A DNA stretch of 64,000 bases, from NCBI RefSeq assembly GCF_030028105.1, contig NC_092382.1, forward strand, positions 27,631,792 to 27,695,791. Reading direction: 5' to 3'. The DNA is from Mobula birostris (lineage: Eukaryota). Within the stretch, counting starts at the first letter, position 1, and every line of letters begins with the position of its first letter. Below the pieces are notes generated by a model. That model was not told where the DNA came from. It ran no database searches and was given only the letters and a program-made list of their open reading frames with translations. Made by a program: the position numbers and the translations under genes. Shown in pieces: positions 1 to 13,800 of the stretch.

Positions 1-43
1 ACTGAGTTCACCACCGTCAGTCACCTGGGGGAGGGTTCAGGGG

Positions 44-448
44 AAATATTTGTGTACAATACAGAAACTGGTGTCACCTGTGTGTATTGTGGTGATGAAA
101 AAGTTGCTGGAGAATTCGCAAGTGGGAAGAAGTGGAGTGATATTTGGAAATCTTGACTTTTTAAAGCATAATTTAGCAAGCAAGTGACATATGGATGATG
201 TGCAAAAGCTCTGGTGAGAAAATCCTTCATTACCCGTTACAGGCCTGCTGCATAGGTTGTGTGAGAGTGCAGATGAACTCGATCAAACCCAGAGGACATC
301 AAAGTTCTTATCGACAGTGATTTGCTAGCTGTTAAAATGACTGTCTCTCTATATAAAATTCACTGTGCACATGTTGTCACTGTGTAAAAAAAATGGACAG
401 TACAAGATTTATGTGCACACTGGTCATTACAAATTAGAGGGGACATTG
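44..448 (+). mobile_element. Degenerate hAT (Tip100-like) DNA transposon remnant with TTF-type zinc-finger coding relic
   Basis: Translates as GVTCVYC...GEFASGKKWSDIWK...LKHNLASK.H (CxxC...WK...H-like; copy D ORF 63367-63831); ends in TIR-like TTAGAGGGGACATTG at 434-448. Confidence 0.5.
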
Positions 449-459
449 GTGGGAAGGTG

Positions 460-900
460 GGAAGACATCCGGTGTCCCTGATGCCCTCACCTACAAGATG
501 TGCATCCAGCTGCAGCTTGTAACCCTGCACTTTACAGAATTGGAACTTGAAATGGGAGAATTCTGGATCATCCAGGAGTTGGAGGACGTAATAGATATGA
601 CATGAAGAGAGGTGAGTTACACCCAAAGTGCAGGACACAGGAAACTGGGTGAGAGGCAGGAAGGGGAATGAGTTTAAATAGCAATCACAGAGTACTGTTA
701 TTGCTATCCAACACAACAACGGGTGGACCACTTTAGAAACTTGCGGGGGATTACCTGGCAGAGGAAAGTCAAGGGGGTGATAGGAGATTCGTTAGTTAGG
801 GGAACAGAACAAGAGGGGACGAATATCCTAGTGGTAAGACTTGCTCATGCGAGTTGTAGGGGGAATGGGAGCCAGCATTAACAGAACAGATAGTGGAGAG
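460..900 (+). mobile_element. CR1 ORF1 remnant
   Basis: TYKMCIQLQL and IGDSLVRGT relics resemble the CR1 ORF1 at 7604-8506. Confidence 0.6.
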
Positions 901-904
901 GGTG

Positions 905-1662
905 AATTGAATTGACTTTATTACTTACGTCCTTCATATACATGAGGAGTAGAGATCGTTATGTTATGTCTCCGTCTAAGTGTGCAATTTGTAATTTATA
1001 GTAATTTATAATAAATAGTTTGTACATAGGACAGTCAATATAACATAGAAATGCAATTGTATCAGCATAAATTAATCAGTCTGATGGCCTGGTGGAAGAT
1101 GATGTCCCGGAGCCTGTTGGTCCTTTTGCTGTGGTACCGTTTCCTGGATGGTAGCAGCAGGAACAGTTTGTGGTTGTGGTGAATTGGGTCCCCAAAATCG
1201 TTTGGGCCCGTTTTACATCCCTGTCTCTGTAAATGTCCTGATTAGTGGGAAGTTCACATCTACAGATGCGCTGGGCTGTCCGCACCACTCTCTGCAGGTT
1301 CCTGCGATTAAGGGAAGTACAGTTCCCATACCAGGCAGTGATGCAGCCAGTCAGGATGCTCTCAATTGTGTCCCTGCAGAAAGTTCTTAGGATTTGGGGC
1401 CCCATCCCCAACTTCTTCAACCGTTTTGAGGTGAAAGAAGTGCTGCTGTGCTCTTTTCATAACACAGCCGGTATGTACAGACCATGTGAGATCCTTGGTG
1501 ATGTTTATGCTGAGGAATTTAAAGCTGTTCACCCTCTCAACCCCAGATCCATTGATGTCAATAGGGGTTAGCCTGTCTCCATTCCTCCCGTCGTCCACTA
1601 TCAGCTCCTTTGTTTTTGTGACAATGAGGGAGCGTCTGTTTTCTTGTCACCAGTCAGATGTT
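905..1662 (-). mobile_element. Rex/Babar LINE 3' fragment
   Basis: ORFs 1362-1598 and 1076-1420: VNSFKFLSINIT.DLTW, IESILTGCITAWYGNCT..NRRNLQRVVRTAQRI; AATAAAGTCAATTCAATTC tail on minus. Confidence 0.85.
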
Positions 1663-1689
1663 GTTCAGACCTCAGAGTCAGCAATCAAA

Positions 1690-3102
1690 TGGTTGAGCAT
1701 GGTGCGATGAATGTGCTGAGCTGTGTATATCACAATGCAAGAGGCATCATAGGAAATCCAGATGAGCTCAGGACAGGGAATTATGATATTGTAGCCATTA
1801 TTGGGACTTGGTTGCACCCAACAGTCTGAGGGATTTAGGGGAACAAATTTGTAGAGAGATTGCAGACCATGCCAAGAAACAAAGGTGTGATTTTAACTTT
1901 CCATATATTGACTGGGACTCCCATACTGTAAAAGATGTCAAGGGGGTAGAGGTTGCCAAATGTGCCCTTTATCAGTTCGTAGAATTCCCGACATAGAAGT
2001 GTGCGATGAGCTGTTAGGAAATGTTCCAGGGCTGGTGACAGAAATTAGTGATCATAATGCCATGGGAATCAAAGTAAATACGGAAAACGAGAGGTGTGCA
2101 CCACAGGTTGAGATTCTAAATTGGAGAAAGGTCAATTTTGATGGTATCAGACAGGATCTGACAAGTGTGGTTTGGGACAGGCTGTTTTCTGGCAAAGGAG
2201 TACTTGGTAAGTGGGAGGCCTACAGAAGTGAAATTTTGAGGGTGTCTAGTTTGTATGTACCTGTCAAAATAAAAGTTGAAAGGTAACTGGTGCAGAGAAC
2301 CTTGGATTTGAAGAGATATTGAGACCCCAGATATTTTGTTCCTCCAAATGCCTCAGACTGTTGGGCGCTACCAAGACTAATTAATGACTACAATATCAAA
2401 ATTCCACACCTGAGCTCATCCAACTTTTTTTTAGTCGTCTTCTGTTGGTTTCTAAAAGCTTCCCAATAGCTTTTGCTCTTTTGTTTGCCCTCTCTTTAGC
2501 TTTTATGTTGGCTTTGGCTTCTCATTTCATCCACAGTTGTGTCCTCCTGCGTTTCCAATGCTTCCACTTCTTTGGGATGTATCGATCACTCAACCTCCTG
2601 CACCGGGACCATCGCCATCCATACCCTTCCCATCCAGGCTCCCATACAAATTTCTTTTAAATGGTGAAACTGAGCTCATATTCACCACTTGTGCTGACAT
2701 CTCATTCCACACTCTCACGACCATTTCAGTAAAGAGCTTTTCCAAATGTTCCCGTTAAATTTTCACCTTTCCCACTTACCCATGACATCTGGTTGTCATC
2801 TCACCCAACCTCAGTGGAAAAAAATGCTTGCATTTACCCTATCTGTACCCTCATAATTTTGTATACTTCCAACAAATCCTCAAAGCAATGTATAATTTCT
2901 TGTTTATGTTTAGAGCCTTTTTTGGTGTATAAGATGATGAGGGGCATTGATCATGTGGATAACCAGAGGCTTTTTTTCCCAGGGCTGAAATGGCTAACAC
3001 GAGGGGGCATAGTTTTAAGGTGCTTGGAAACAGATACCGAGGGGATGACAGGGGTAAGTTTTTTACCCAGAGAGTGGTGGGTGCGTGGAATGCACTGCCG
3101 GC
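1690..3102. mobile_element. Mosaic of degenerate CR1 ORF2 fragments in both orientations
   Basis: NARGI, DFNFPYIDW, SDHNA, NWRKVNFDGIR (endonuclease) and TRGHSFKV..FFTQRVV.AWNALP (C-terminus). Confidence 0.8.
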
Positions 3103-3122
3103 TATTTGTGTGAGTATTTCAG

Positions 3123-3199
3123 TTCCTGTGGGGCCAGTCGCCCATGCAGCTAAGTGCGAACAGGGAATAATACCAATGGAGAGAGTCAAACTGAGCCAG
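3123..3199 (+). other. Putative small upstream exon of ZNF gene A (ATG at 3176, MERVKLSQ)
   Basis: Acceptor ttcAG at 3121-3122 is kept in all four copies; weak donor CAG|GTCACA at 3200; splicing would be phase 0 to the acceptor at 3438. Confidence 0.35.
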
Positions 3200-3437
3200 G
3201 TCACAGATTGGAGATGGCAGAAATGCCCCATTCTTATAGAGACAGGAAGAGCATCAGAGAGTTTGATGGTCATTCCAGATACCAGCACTGTGCCCAGTTA
3301 GAAGATGATTTCTCTCTCCACCTTGTGTGGAACTTCACTGTAACAGAGTGATGCCAGATCACACCTTGACAACTCAAGTGATCTCATCTGAAATATTGTC
3401 CTACACCCATTGATGGATTTTGTAAATATTTTTACAG

Positions 3438-3762
3438 GTTAAAAATGACAAGGAATTTGTCTACGGGAATCTCGAACACAACACGACAGTTTTGCTGTCT
3501 CTGTCCAGATACTTAAGAAGTGGAGCAAGGGATTCACTCGATCATCCTTCCTGCTGAGACTGTGGGGAGGGACTCACTCGGTCATCTCAACTGAAGGTAC
3601 ATCAGCAAGTTCACACCGGGACAAGGTCATTCACCTGTTCTGTGTGTGAGAAGGGATTCAGTCAGTCTTCCAACCTGTGGACACACCAGTTAGTTCTCAC
3701 TGGGCAGATTGCTAGTCATCTGCTGAATTTGTAAGGAAGGATTCACTCGGTCATCTAACCTA
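3438..3762 (+). other. 5' part of ZNF A main exon: splice acceptor followed by eroded C2H2 fingers (probable 5' UTR)
   Basis: tttttacAG|G acceptor is conserved in all four paralogs (3438, 21399, 39279, 60050); finger relics carry stops and frameshifts. Confidence 0.7.
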
Positions 3763-5472
3763 ATGGCTCACCAGCGAGTTCACACTGGAGACCGGCTGTT
3801 CACCTGCTTGGACTGTGGGAAGGGATTCACTGAATCATATAAGCTACTGAGACACTGGTCAGTTCACACTGGGGAGCAGCCGTTCACGTGCTCAGACTGT
3901 GGGAAGGGATTCCCTTGTTTCTCTAAACTGAAGGTACATCAGCGAGTTCACACCGGGGAGCGGCCGTTCACCTGCTCGGACTGTGGGAAGGGATTCACTG
4001 AATCATTTAACCTGCAGATACACCGGTCAATTCACACCGGCGAGAGGGCATTCACGTGCTCAGACTGCGGGAAGGGATTCGCTTGCTCATCCCAACTGAA
4101 AGTGCATCAGCGAGTTCACACTGGGGAGAGGCCGTTCACCTGCTCAGACTGTGGGAAGGGATTCACTTCGTACTCTGTTTTACAGAGACACAGGCAAGTT
4201 CACACTGGGGAGAGGCCGTTCACCTGCTCAGTGTGTGGGAAGGGATTCACTCGATCATCCTACCTACAAGCACACAGGTCTGTTCACACTGGGGAGAGGC
4301 CGTTCACCTGCTCCGACTGTGGGAAAAGATTCACTAGATCAGCCCAACTGAAGGTACATCAGCGAGTTCACACCGGGGAGAGGCTGTTCACCTGCTCAGA
4401 CTGTGGGAAGGGATTCACTCAGTCATCTGAACTGAAGAAACACCAGCGAGTTCACACTGGAGAGAGGCCGTTCACTTGCTCAGTGTGTGGGAAGGGATTC
4501 ACTCGGTCATCCCACCTACTGACACATCAGTCAGTTCACACTGGAGAGAGGCCGTTCACCTGCTCAGACTGTGGGAAGGCATTCACTCGGTCATCTGTCC
4601 TAGAGAGACACTGGCGAATTCATGCTGGGGAGTGGCCATTCACCTGCTCAGTCTGTGGGAAGGGATTCACTTGCTCATCCCTACTGAAGATACATCAGCG
4701 AGTTCACACTGGAGAGAGGCCGTTCATCTGCTCAGACTGTGGGAAGGGATTCATTCAGTCATCTGAACTGAAGGTACATCAGCGAGTTCACACTGGAGAG
4801 AGGCCTTTCACCTGCTCAGACTGTGGAAAGGGATTCACTTCGTCCTCTCAACTTAAGATACATCAGCGAGTTCACACTGGAGAGAGGCCTTTCACCTGCT
4901 CAGTCTGTGGGAAGGGATTCACCTCGTCATCTCAACTTAAGGTACATCAGAGAGTTCACACTGGAGAGAGGCCGTTCATCTGCTCAGACTGTGGGAAGGG
5001 ATTCATTCAGTCATCTGAACTGAAGGTACATCAGCGAATTCACACTGGAGAGAGGCCGTTCACCTGCTCAGTCTGTGGGAAGGGATTCACTTGCTCATCT
5101 CAACTGAAGGTACATCAGCGAGTTCACACTGGGGACAGGCCGTTCACTTGCTCAGACTGTGGGAAGGGATTCACTTGCTCATCTCAACTGAAGGTACATC
5201 AGCGAGTTCACACTGGAGAGAGGCCGTTCACCTGCACAGACTGTGGGAAGGGATTCACTTCGTCCTCTCAACTACTGAGTCACCAGCGAGTTCACACTGG
5301 AGAAAGGCCATTCACCTGCTCAGACTGTGGGAAGGGATTCACTCAGTTGTCTCATCTACAGAGACACCAGCGTGTTCACACTGGGGAGAGGTCGTTCACC
5401 TGCTCAGTGTGTGGGAAGAGATTCACTCGGTCATCCAACCTACAGAAACACCAGCGAGTTCATACTGGGTAG
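3763..5472 (+). CDS. Tandem C2H2 (Kruppel-type) zinc-finger protein A, 20 fingers, no effector domain visible
   Basis: 569-aa ORF of 28-aa FTCxxCGKGF..[13 protein letters not shown] repeats. Confidence 0.93.
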   Translation: MAHQRVHTGDRLFTCLDCGKGFTESYKLLRHWSVHTGEQPFTCSDCGKGFPCFSKLKVHQRVHTGERPFTCSDCGKGFTESFNLQIHRSIHTGERAFTCSDCGKGFACSSQLKVHQRVHTGERPFTCSDCGKGFTSYSVLQRHRQVHTGERPFTCSVCGKGFTRSSYLQAHRSVHTGERPFTCSDCGKRFTRSAQLKVHQRVHTGERLFTCSDCGKGFTQSSELKKHQRVHTGERPFTCSVCGKGFTRSSHLLTHQSVHTGERPFTCSDCGKAFTRSSVLERHWRIHAGEWPFTCSVCGKGFTCSSLLKIHQRVHTGERPFICSDCGKGFIQSSELKVHQRVHTGERPFTCSDCGKGFTSSSQLKIHQRVHTGERPFTCSVCGKGFTSSSQLKVHQRVHTGERPFICSDCGKGFIQSSELKVHQRIHTGERPFTCSVCGKGFTCSSQLKVHQRVHTGDRPFTCSDCGKGFTCSSQLKVHQRVHTGERPFTCTDCGKGFTSSSQLLSHQRVHTGERPFTCSDCGKGFTQLSHLQRHQRVHTGERSFTCSVCGKRFTRSSNLQKHQRVHTG

Positions 5473-5611
5473 AGGCCGATCTGCTGCTCAGACTTTGGGA
5501 AGAGATTCTCTCAGCCATCGCCACCAAATGTCCATCATTGAGTTCACACTGGGGAGAGGCCGTTCACCTGCTATGAACTTGTGAAGCAATTCGCTCAGGC
5601 ATCTAACCTTA

Positions 5612-6063
5612 TGTAACTCTCGCTTCGGCTAGCAGCTTAATATAGGGGGTGATAGCCCCCAAGCCCGGCCAAACTTAAGAAATCTCGTTTGGGTGGATGC
5701 TGCGCTTGGGTTGATGTTACAAATCAGTACCCTGAAATAACAAACGGTACACAATATGTGATTAAACGATTGGGCTTTGTAGTTCTTACTTTGACTATAG
5801 GGTTAGTAACGAAAAAATAAAGGAAAATGGCCCACTCTCTCCATTCATGTCTTTTATCTCTCCCCAGCAAAAGACCACAAAAATCTCTCTTCCAGACTCA
5901 CAAGAAAGAACAACATTTCTCTCATTGGATAGCCCCGCACTCCAAAACCCTGTTGTCTCTAGTCATAACATAAACATTGCTGCTACAGAGAAACCATTAC
6001 CTCAGCAGTGAAACATTACAGAGAGGCCATTACATTAACAGTGAAACCTCACAGCATGTTGCA
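5612..6063. mobile_element. Old solo LTR inserted in degenerate 3' fingers of ZNF A
   Basis: TGTAAC...GTTGCA ends; finger relic resumes after it (CTGACACACTACCGGGTTCAC); homolog in copy D at 56845-56968 and 51230-51338. Confidence 0.6.
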
Positions 6064-6085
6064 GTTCTGACACACTACCGGGTTC

Positions 6086-7250
6086 ACAATAGACAATAGG
6101 TGCAGGAGTAGGCCACTTGGCCCTTCGAGCCAGCACTGCCATTCACTGTGATCATGGTTGATCATCCACAATCAGTACCTCGTTCCTGCTTTATCCCCAT
6201 AACCTTTGATTCCACTATCTTTAAGAGCCCTATCCATCTCTTTCTTGAAAACATCCAGAGACTTGGCCTCCACAGCCTTATGGGGCAGAGCATTCGATAT
6301 ATCCACCACTATCTGGGTGAAAAAATTCCTTAATTCCAATTCCTTAATAATCTTATATGTTTCAATAAGATCCCCTCTCAGCCTTCTAAATTCCAGTGTA
6401 TGCAAGCTCAGTCGCTCCAATCTTTCGACACATGACAGTCCCACCATCTTGGGAATTAACCTTGTGAACCTACGCTGCACTCCCTCAATAGCAAGAATGT
6501 CCTTCCTCAAATTTGGAGACCAAAACTGCACACAGTACTCCAGGTGTGGTCTCACCAGGGCCCTGTACAACTGCAGAGGGACCTCTTTGCTCCTATACTC
6601 AATTCCCCTTGTTATGAAGGCCAGCATGCCATTAGCTTTCTTCACTGCCTGCTGTACCTGCATGCTTGCTTTCAGTGACTGATGTACGAGAACACCTGGA
6701 TCTCGTTGTACTTCCCCTTTTCTTAAATTGATTCCATTTAGATAATAATCTGCCTTCCTGTTCTTACCACCAACATGGATAACCTCACATTTATCCACAT
6801 TAAACTGCATCTGCCATGCATCCACCCACTCACCCAGCCTGTCAAAGTCACCCTGCATTCTCATAACACCCTCCTCACATTTCGCACTGCCACCCAGCTT
6901 TGTGTCATCGGCAAATTTGCTAATGTTACTTTTAATCCTTTCATCTGAATCATTAATATATATTGTAAACAGCTGCGGTCCCAGCTCTGAACCCTGTGGT
7001 ACCTCACTGGTCACCGCCTGCCTTTCCGAAAGGGACCTGTTAATCGCTGCTCTTTGTTTTTTTGTCAGCCAGCCAATTTTCAATCCATGTCAGTACTCTG
7101 CCCCCAATACCATGTGCCCTAATTTTGTCCACTAATCTCCTATCTGGGACTTTTCTGAAAGTCCAGGTGCACTATATCCACTGGCACTCCCTCATCCATT
7201 TTCATACTTACATCCTCAAAAAATTTCAGAAGATTAGTCAAGCATGATTT
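6086..7250 (-). mobile_element. CR1 LINE, 5'-truncated RT region
   Basis: ORF 6172-7083 with VPQGSELGP, FADDTK, VRPHLEYCVQFWSP; (TATTGTC) tail; splits the finger relic CAC|ACTGGGGAG. Confidence 0.92.
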
Positions 7251-7444
7251 CTGCACTGGGGAGAAAGTTTCAACGAGCTGCATGCTGGATATTTGTCCAT
7301 CACCGTTGCTGAATGCAATTTCGAGAGTGACTGTCGGTGCTGAACTCTACAATTATTGCTGATGCTCACCACACCCAGTTCTGCACACTGGTCACTGAGC
7401 ATGGGAGGAGGTTCTTCTGCTGCATATTCACCTTTATTGGGACT

Positions 7445-9578
7445 GGAGTTTAACGTGGACTGGAGTGGAGAGCGGCCAGTGAAGGAGTGGAGCTTTGAGG
7501 CTTTGGCTCGAGAGATTTCAGCGAGCAGAGGCAGAGGATGAGCTTGCTCCCAGTCAGGTAAGGCCGGAAAAGTTTATTTAATTAATTAACTTAGGAGTTA
7601 GTAATGGAGGCAGTAGATAGGGCAGTGCAGTGCTCCGATTGTAGGATGTGGGAAGTCAGGGACAGCACAATTGTCTCCGATGTCTACACCTGCAAGAGGT
7701 GCATCCAGCTGCAGCTCCTGTCAAATTGGATCATTCGGGGGGCAGAGGCAGTAATAGATCAGAGTTTCAGGGAGACGGTCACCTCTAAAAGTCAGGAGAC
7801 AGGTAGCTGAGTGACTGTCAGGAGAGGGAAGGGGAATAGACAGAAAGAGCAGAGCACCCCTGTGGCCGTTCCCATCAACAATATGTATACTGTTTTGGAT
7901 ACTGTTGGTGGGGACGACCTACCAGGGACAAGTTGCAGTGGTCGCGTCTCTGGCACCGAGACTGGACCCTCAGCTCAGAAAGGAAGGAGTGAAAAGAGGA
8001 GAGCAGTAGAGATAGGGGATTTGATAGTTAAGGGGACAGTTAAGAGGTTCTGTGGGAAAGATTGAGAATCCCAGTCTGTTCCCTCCCTGGTGCCAGGGTC
8101 CATGATACCTCGGATGGAGTTCTCGGTATTCTCAGGAGAGAGGGTGAGCAGGCAGATGTCGTGGTCCACGTGGGGACCAATGACATAGATAGGAGTAGGG
8201 ATCAGGTCCTGAAGAAGGAATATAGGGAGTTAGGGGAAAAAAGTTAAAAAGCAGGACCTCAAAGGTGGTAAACTCAGGATTGCTTCCTGTGCCGTGAGAC
8301 AGAGAGGGTAGGAACAGGAAGTCATGGCAGTTGAATGTGTGGCTGAAGAGTTGGTGCTGGGGGCAGGGGTTCAGATTTCTGGAGCATTGGGATCTCCTCT
8401 GGGGAAGGTCTGACCTGTACAACAAGGACGGGCTGCACCTGAACTGGAAAGGGACCAATATCCTGGTGGGCAGGTTTGTTAGAGCTGTTGGGGAGGGTTT
8501 AAACTAGTTTGTCAGGGTGGTGGGAATCAGAATGTGAGTGCAGAGATGAGGGTAGAAGGACAAGGGCATGATGCTGTGTGTTCTGAGTTGCTGAGGAAGG
8601 ACAGGCAGGGGACAAAACATACATGTAGCCAGATCGAGGGGTTGAAATGTGTCTATTCCAACGCTAGGAGTATTAGGAATAAAGAGCATGAACTTAGAGA
8701 ATCGATCAGTACATGGAACAATGACGTTGTGGCCGTTACTGAAACTTGGCTGGAGGAAGGGCAGGATTGGCTGATGCAGGTACCGGGGTTTAGGTGTTTA
8801 AAAGGAATAGGATGGGAGGTAGAATGGGGGGGGGGGGGCGGAGTAGCATTACTAGTCAGGGATTGTATCAGGGCTGTAGAAAGGGAGGACGCTGCACAGG
8901 GAGTGTCCACTGTGGTTGGAAGTCAGAAAGAGGAAGGGATCAATCACTGTGCCGGGAGTAGTCTATCGGCCCCCAAATAGCCCTCGGGACACCGAGGAGC
9001 AGATAAGCAGGCAGATTTTAGAATGGTGCAGGAAATACAGGGTTATAGTTATGGGTGATTTCAACTTCCCTCATATTGACTGGCACCTCCTGACTGCAAG
9101 GGGGATAGACGGGGCTGAATTAGTCAAGTGTGTTCAAGAAGGATTCCTGACACAGCATGTGGACCGGCGGACGAGAGGAGAGGCCATACTGGATCTAGTT
9201 CTGGGTAAAGAACCTGGTCAGGTGGCAGACCTCTTGGTGGGGGAGCATTTTGGTGAGAGTTACCACAACTCCCTTAGCTTTAGCATAGCTATGGAAAAGG
9301 ATAAAAACAGACAAAATGGGAAAGTGCTTAACTGGGGAAGGGCTAACTATGAAGGGATGAGGCAGGAACTAGTGAGTCTAAATTGGAAACAGGTGTTGAA
9401 AGCTGAAAGCACAGAAGTAATGTGGAGGAAGTTTAGGGACCACTTGTAATGGGTTCAGGATAGGTTTGTCCCACTGAGGCAAGGAAAAAAATGGTCGGAA
9501 AAGGGAACCGTGGCTGACGAAACACGTGAGGCAACTCGTCAAGCGGAAGAAGGAAGCATATGTTAGATATAAGAAGCA
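7445..9578 (+). mobile_element. CR1 LINE 5' part: ORF1 (Zn knuckle + SGNH esterase) and ORF2 AP endonuclease, degenerate
   Basis: CSDCRMWE..CKRC, IGD, VHVGTND, DGLHLN; NARSIRNK, VTETWL, YRPPN, MGDFNFP. Confidence 0.9.
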
Positions 9579-10889
9579 GTCAGAGCCCTGTTGGTTGCTT
9601 TTCGATTGCTCCTACCCTGTTTACTTAATTGTCTCCTACCAGTCTTTTTTTTTGAAATCTTATTATAATACTTCAATACTGCTTTACTCTGGCTGAGAAA
9701 AGAACCAAAGCATTTGCAAAAGAAAGAGAAACAGAAGATGAATCCCCAGTCACTTTGGATTCAATCAGTGACTTCCTTAAACAGCAAAAGTAGGAATTCT
9801 CTGAAGAGTTTCAACAACTTAACGGCAAATTGGATACAATTCAACAAACTTTATTTGAGCATGAGAACCAAATTCAGGAGAATACTGTGAAGCTAATGAC
9901 ACTTGAAAAGGACATTGAAGATACAATTAAACTCTGCAAAGAGTTCTCTTTATCCAATGATAAAATGCTGAATATGATCATCAGTCCCGAGAATAGAAAC
10001 AGGAGAAATAACTTGTGAATCGTGGGTCTTGAAGAATCAATTGAAGGCGCTGACCCTACAAAGTCTTTGCAAACTTTCTGAAGCAGCTTTTTCCTGCTTT
10101 ATTCACTTCCGATCCGAAGCTCGATCGAGCTTTTCGCTCTCTGACTTTGAAGCCATTGTCCTCGGCGGCGAAACCCAGATCGATCGAACTAACCTTTCAG
10201 GAGTTTCGTATTAAGGACCTTTTAATTCGCCACACCCAGAGACAAGGAATGATTGATTTCCAAAATTACATGGTTAGATTTGTGGAAGAATATTCACCTG
10301 ATATTTTGACTGATTATATGAAATATAAAGAAGATATCTCGGAATTTTATAATGAAGGATATAAACCATCCCTTCGGTTCCCTGCCCGTCTAAGTATTGT
10401 TTTGAAGAACGGATTGCGAAAAAGAATAAATGCAGTTGAAGATGCAAAAGAGTTTCTGAAGGATGAAGTCTAAAACTGTTGTATTTCTTATTTGATCAAG
10501 TTTCTTCTTCTGTTAATATGAATTTAAAATAAGGTTTCATTAAGCTTACATTTTGTGTGTTCATATATTGTCTTTTGTTTTTTTTTGCTACTTTATTTTA
10601 TCCCTTTTTGAGGCTTTATTTTAATACAGCTTTCTTTGAATTTGTTTAAAGTGATCTTTTCATATTTTTGAATACTGAGTTGTTTTGCTTTTTATGTTGT
10701 GTCTTGATAGGGACATAATGACCTTGCAGGACTGGAGTTTTTTTTTCTGTCAACAGGACTTTTTTGGGGCTGGTACTTAGTTCTTAGCTCACTGACTGTC
10801 TATTGGTCAGCTTTCTCGCTTTGGATGGGGGAGGGTGTAGGGCCTATTTCTCTCTGGGAGCTGTGTTGGGTTGAATATATGATTGTTTG

Positions 10890-13800
10890 AGATTTCTACA
10901 CCCTAAGGACAAAGAGTTTTCATTCTTCTCACATGTTTATCATTCTTATTCTTGAATTGATTACTTTTTTATTAACTCTTCTAACTCCATCTGTAATCAA
11001 CTGCAATTATGACATTATCGCCATTTCGGATCATGCTCCAATGAAACTTTCTATCAAGTTAATGGATACCACTTGTACTAATAGGCAATGGCGATTTAAT
11101 TCCAATTTGCTTCAAGACCTGTACTTTGTTAAATTTATGAAGGAACAGATTGATTTCTTTTTTTCCAACTAACATTACGGAAGAAATTTCCAAAGGCACA
11201 GTTTGGGATGCTTTTAAAGCTTATATCTGCGGACAGATTATTTCTTTTTCTGTTGGTTTAAACAAACGTATTAAGAATGAAACATTTTTGTTGGTTGATA
11301 AAATTAAAGGAATTGATAAGAAATATTCTATTGCTCCTAGTAAGGAGCTCTACAAACAGAGAGTCGAACTTCAAATGGAACATAACTTATTATTAACATC
11401 CTCAATTGAAAATCATTTAATGAAAACTAGAAGTGAGTTCTATATTCATAGTGATAAATCGGGTAAATTATTAGCTAATCAATTGAAAACTACTTCGGTT
11501 AAACGTCAAATTATCAAAATTCGTAAACATGATGACACTTTGACAGTTGATCATGACGAGATAAAACTTTTCAAGAATATTATGTTTCTTTATATCTTTC
11601 TGATTTTCCTCATGACCCTAACACTATGCATGATATTTTAAGGAAATTGAACTGTCTGAAATTATCACACAAAGAATGTTCAACATTAGAAACTCCTATT
11701 ACAGATGAAGAAATAACAATGAACTCTGGCAAAATACCTGGTCCTGATGGTTTTACAGTGGAATTTTTAAAGTTTTTCCTCTATTCTCTCTCCTTGGTCG
11801 TCTAGAATATTTAAAGAAGCAATCAGATTAGGTAAATTACCACAATCATTTTATGAAGCTTCTATTTCTTTAATTCTTAAAAAGAATAAAGATCCTACTG
11901 ATTGTGCATCATACAGACCGATATCGCTTTTGAATGTAGACGCCAATTTTTTTTCTAAAATATTAGTGACTAGGTTAGAAAAGGTACTACCTCAAATTAT
12001 CTCTGTGGACCAAGCAGGATTTATTTAAAATCATTATTCATTTTCTTAATATTAGGAGGTTAATGAATATTGCTTATACTCCTTCATTTAACACCCAGGA
12101 ATGTATTATTTCATTAGATGCTGAGAAAGCTTTCGACAGAGTTGAATGGCCATATTTAGTTACTGAGTTTGAGAAATGTAATTTTAGTCTGATATTTATA
12201 TCTTGGATTAAATTGATATATCATTCCCCTGTAGCTTCCGATTGTAGTAACAATCAAAGATCTTCCTTTTTTCGTCTATCTCGGGGTACTAGGCAGGGAT
12301 GTTCATTATTATTTGATATTGCCCTTGAACCTTTAGCAATTGCCATCCGAGACTCACCTAACATTTTTGATATTACCCGTGGAAATGAAATACAGGAGTT
12401 ATCATTATATGCAGATGATTTGTTATTATATATCTCTCATCCTGGGAAATCTATTCCCGTTGTTTTATCCTTGTTGGCTCAGTTTAGTCATTTCTCTGAT
12501 TACAAATTGAACCTTAATAAGAGTGAACTATTTCCCCTAAATATTCAGGTTTCTATTGATGGATGTTTACCGTTTAAATTGGTTACTGACTCTTTTACAT
12601 ATTTAGGGGATAAAATTACGAAAAAGCATAAAGATTTATTGAAAGCTAATTTTTTACCTTTAATCCATTACATTAAATTTTTGTTTACTAAATGGTCACC
12701 AATATCTTTATCATTGATCGGTCAGATCAATACTATCAAGATGATTATTTTGCCTAAATTTTTATATGTATTTCAGGTGGTGCCAATTTTCATTCCAAAA
12801 TTCTTTTTTGATAATGTTGATTCCAAAATCTCCTCATATATATGACAGAACAAAAAATCCTAGGTTAGGTAAAAGACATTTACAGAAACCTAAAAAGGAG
12901 GTGGGGTTTAGCTTTGCTGAATTTTAGATTTTACTATTGGGCAATTAACATTTGATGTTTAAAATTTTGGTTGTGAGACTTGGATACAACTTCAAGTCCA
13001 CATTGGGTAAATCTTGAACGTAATTCTTTACAAGGGTTTTCAATGGGTTCTATTCTAGGGACTTTGCTTCCCTTTACTCTTTCTAAATTGTATAAACAAC
13101 TGGATAACCGAATAGTTAAATATACTTAACATACATGGTTTCAATTTTGAAAATTGTTTGGGTTGAATAAATTTATTTTAGCACGTCCTACTATATCTAA
13201 TTTCTTTTTTCAACCCTCTACTATGGATCAAGCATATTTGGCTTGAAAAATTAAAGGTATAGTATGATTTTGTGATTTATTTTCGGATAATTGTTTCATG
13301 TCTTTTGAACAACTATCTAATAAATATAATTTGCCTAGATTTCACTTTGTTAGATATTTACAGGTTAGATACTGTTTCTCTTACCTTCCTGAATTTACAA
13401 ACGTTTGCATATTCAATGGATATTTAGGAAAAAATGTGAGATTTAAAGCCTCTTCAGAAAGGTGTAATACCAATTATTTATAATGTAATTATGAAAATAT
13501 GTCCAGTTGTATCTAATAACATTAAGACTGATTGGGAAAGGGAACTTAAGATTATTGTACCAATTGAAAATGGGAAAAAAATTCTTCAGTTAGTTAATTC
13601 ATCCTCTATATGTGCTAAACATGTGTTGATACAGTTTAAGGTAGTACATAGGGCTCATATGTCTAAAGATAAATTACCTCGTTATTATTCTCATATAAAT
13701 CCTATGTGTGATAGATGTCATTCTGAGATAGCTTCTCTAACTCAAATGTTTTGGTCATGTCCTTTGTTGAAAAAGTATTGGAAAGATATTTTTGATATTA

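Larger units (their letters stand above)
1..5850 (+). repeat. Segmental duplication unit, copy A (upstream TE mosaic + ZNF exon + 3' LTR)
   Basis: Position 1 onward is the reverse complement of 63693 downward (copy D) and of 28955 downward (copy B), with the same order of hAT, CR1, Rex and ZNF segments. Confidence 0.9.

Noticed and set aside
3721-3732. Conserved TGA in C*IC as selenocysteine or readthrough
   Set aside because: It replaces a Ser codon (TCA) rather than Cys, upstream frames are broken differently in each paralog, and no SECIS is evident
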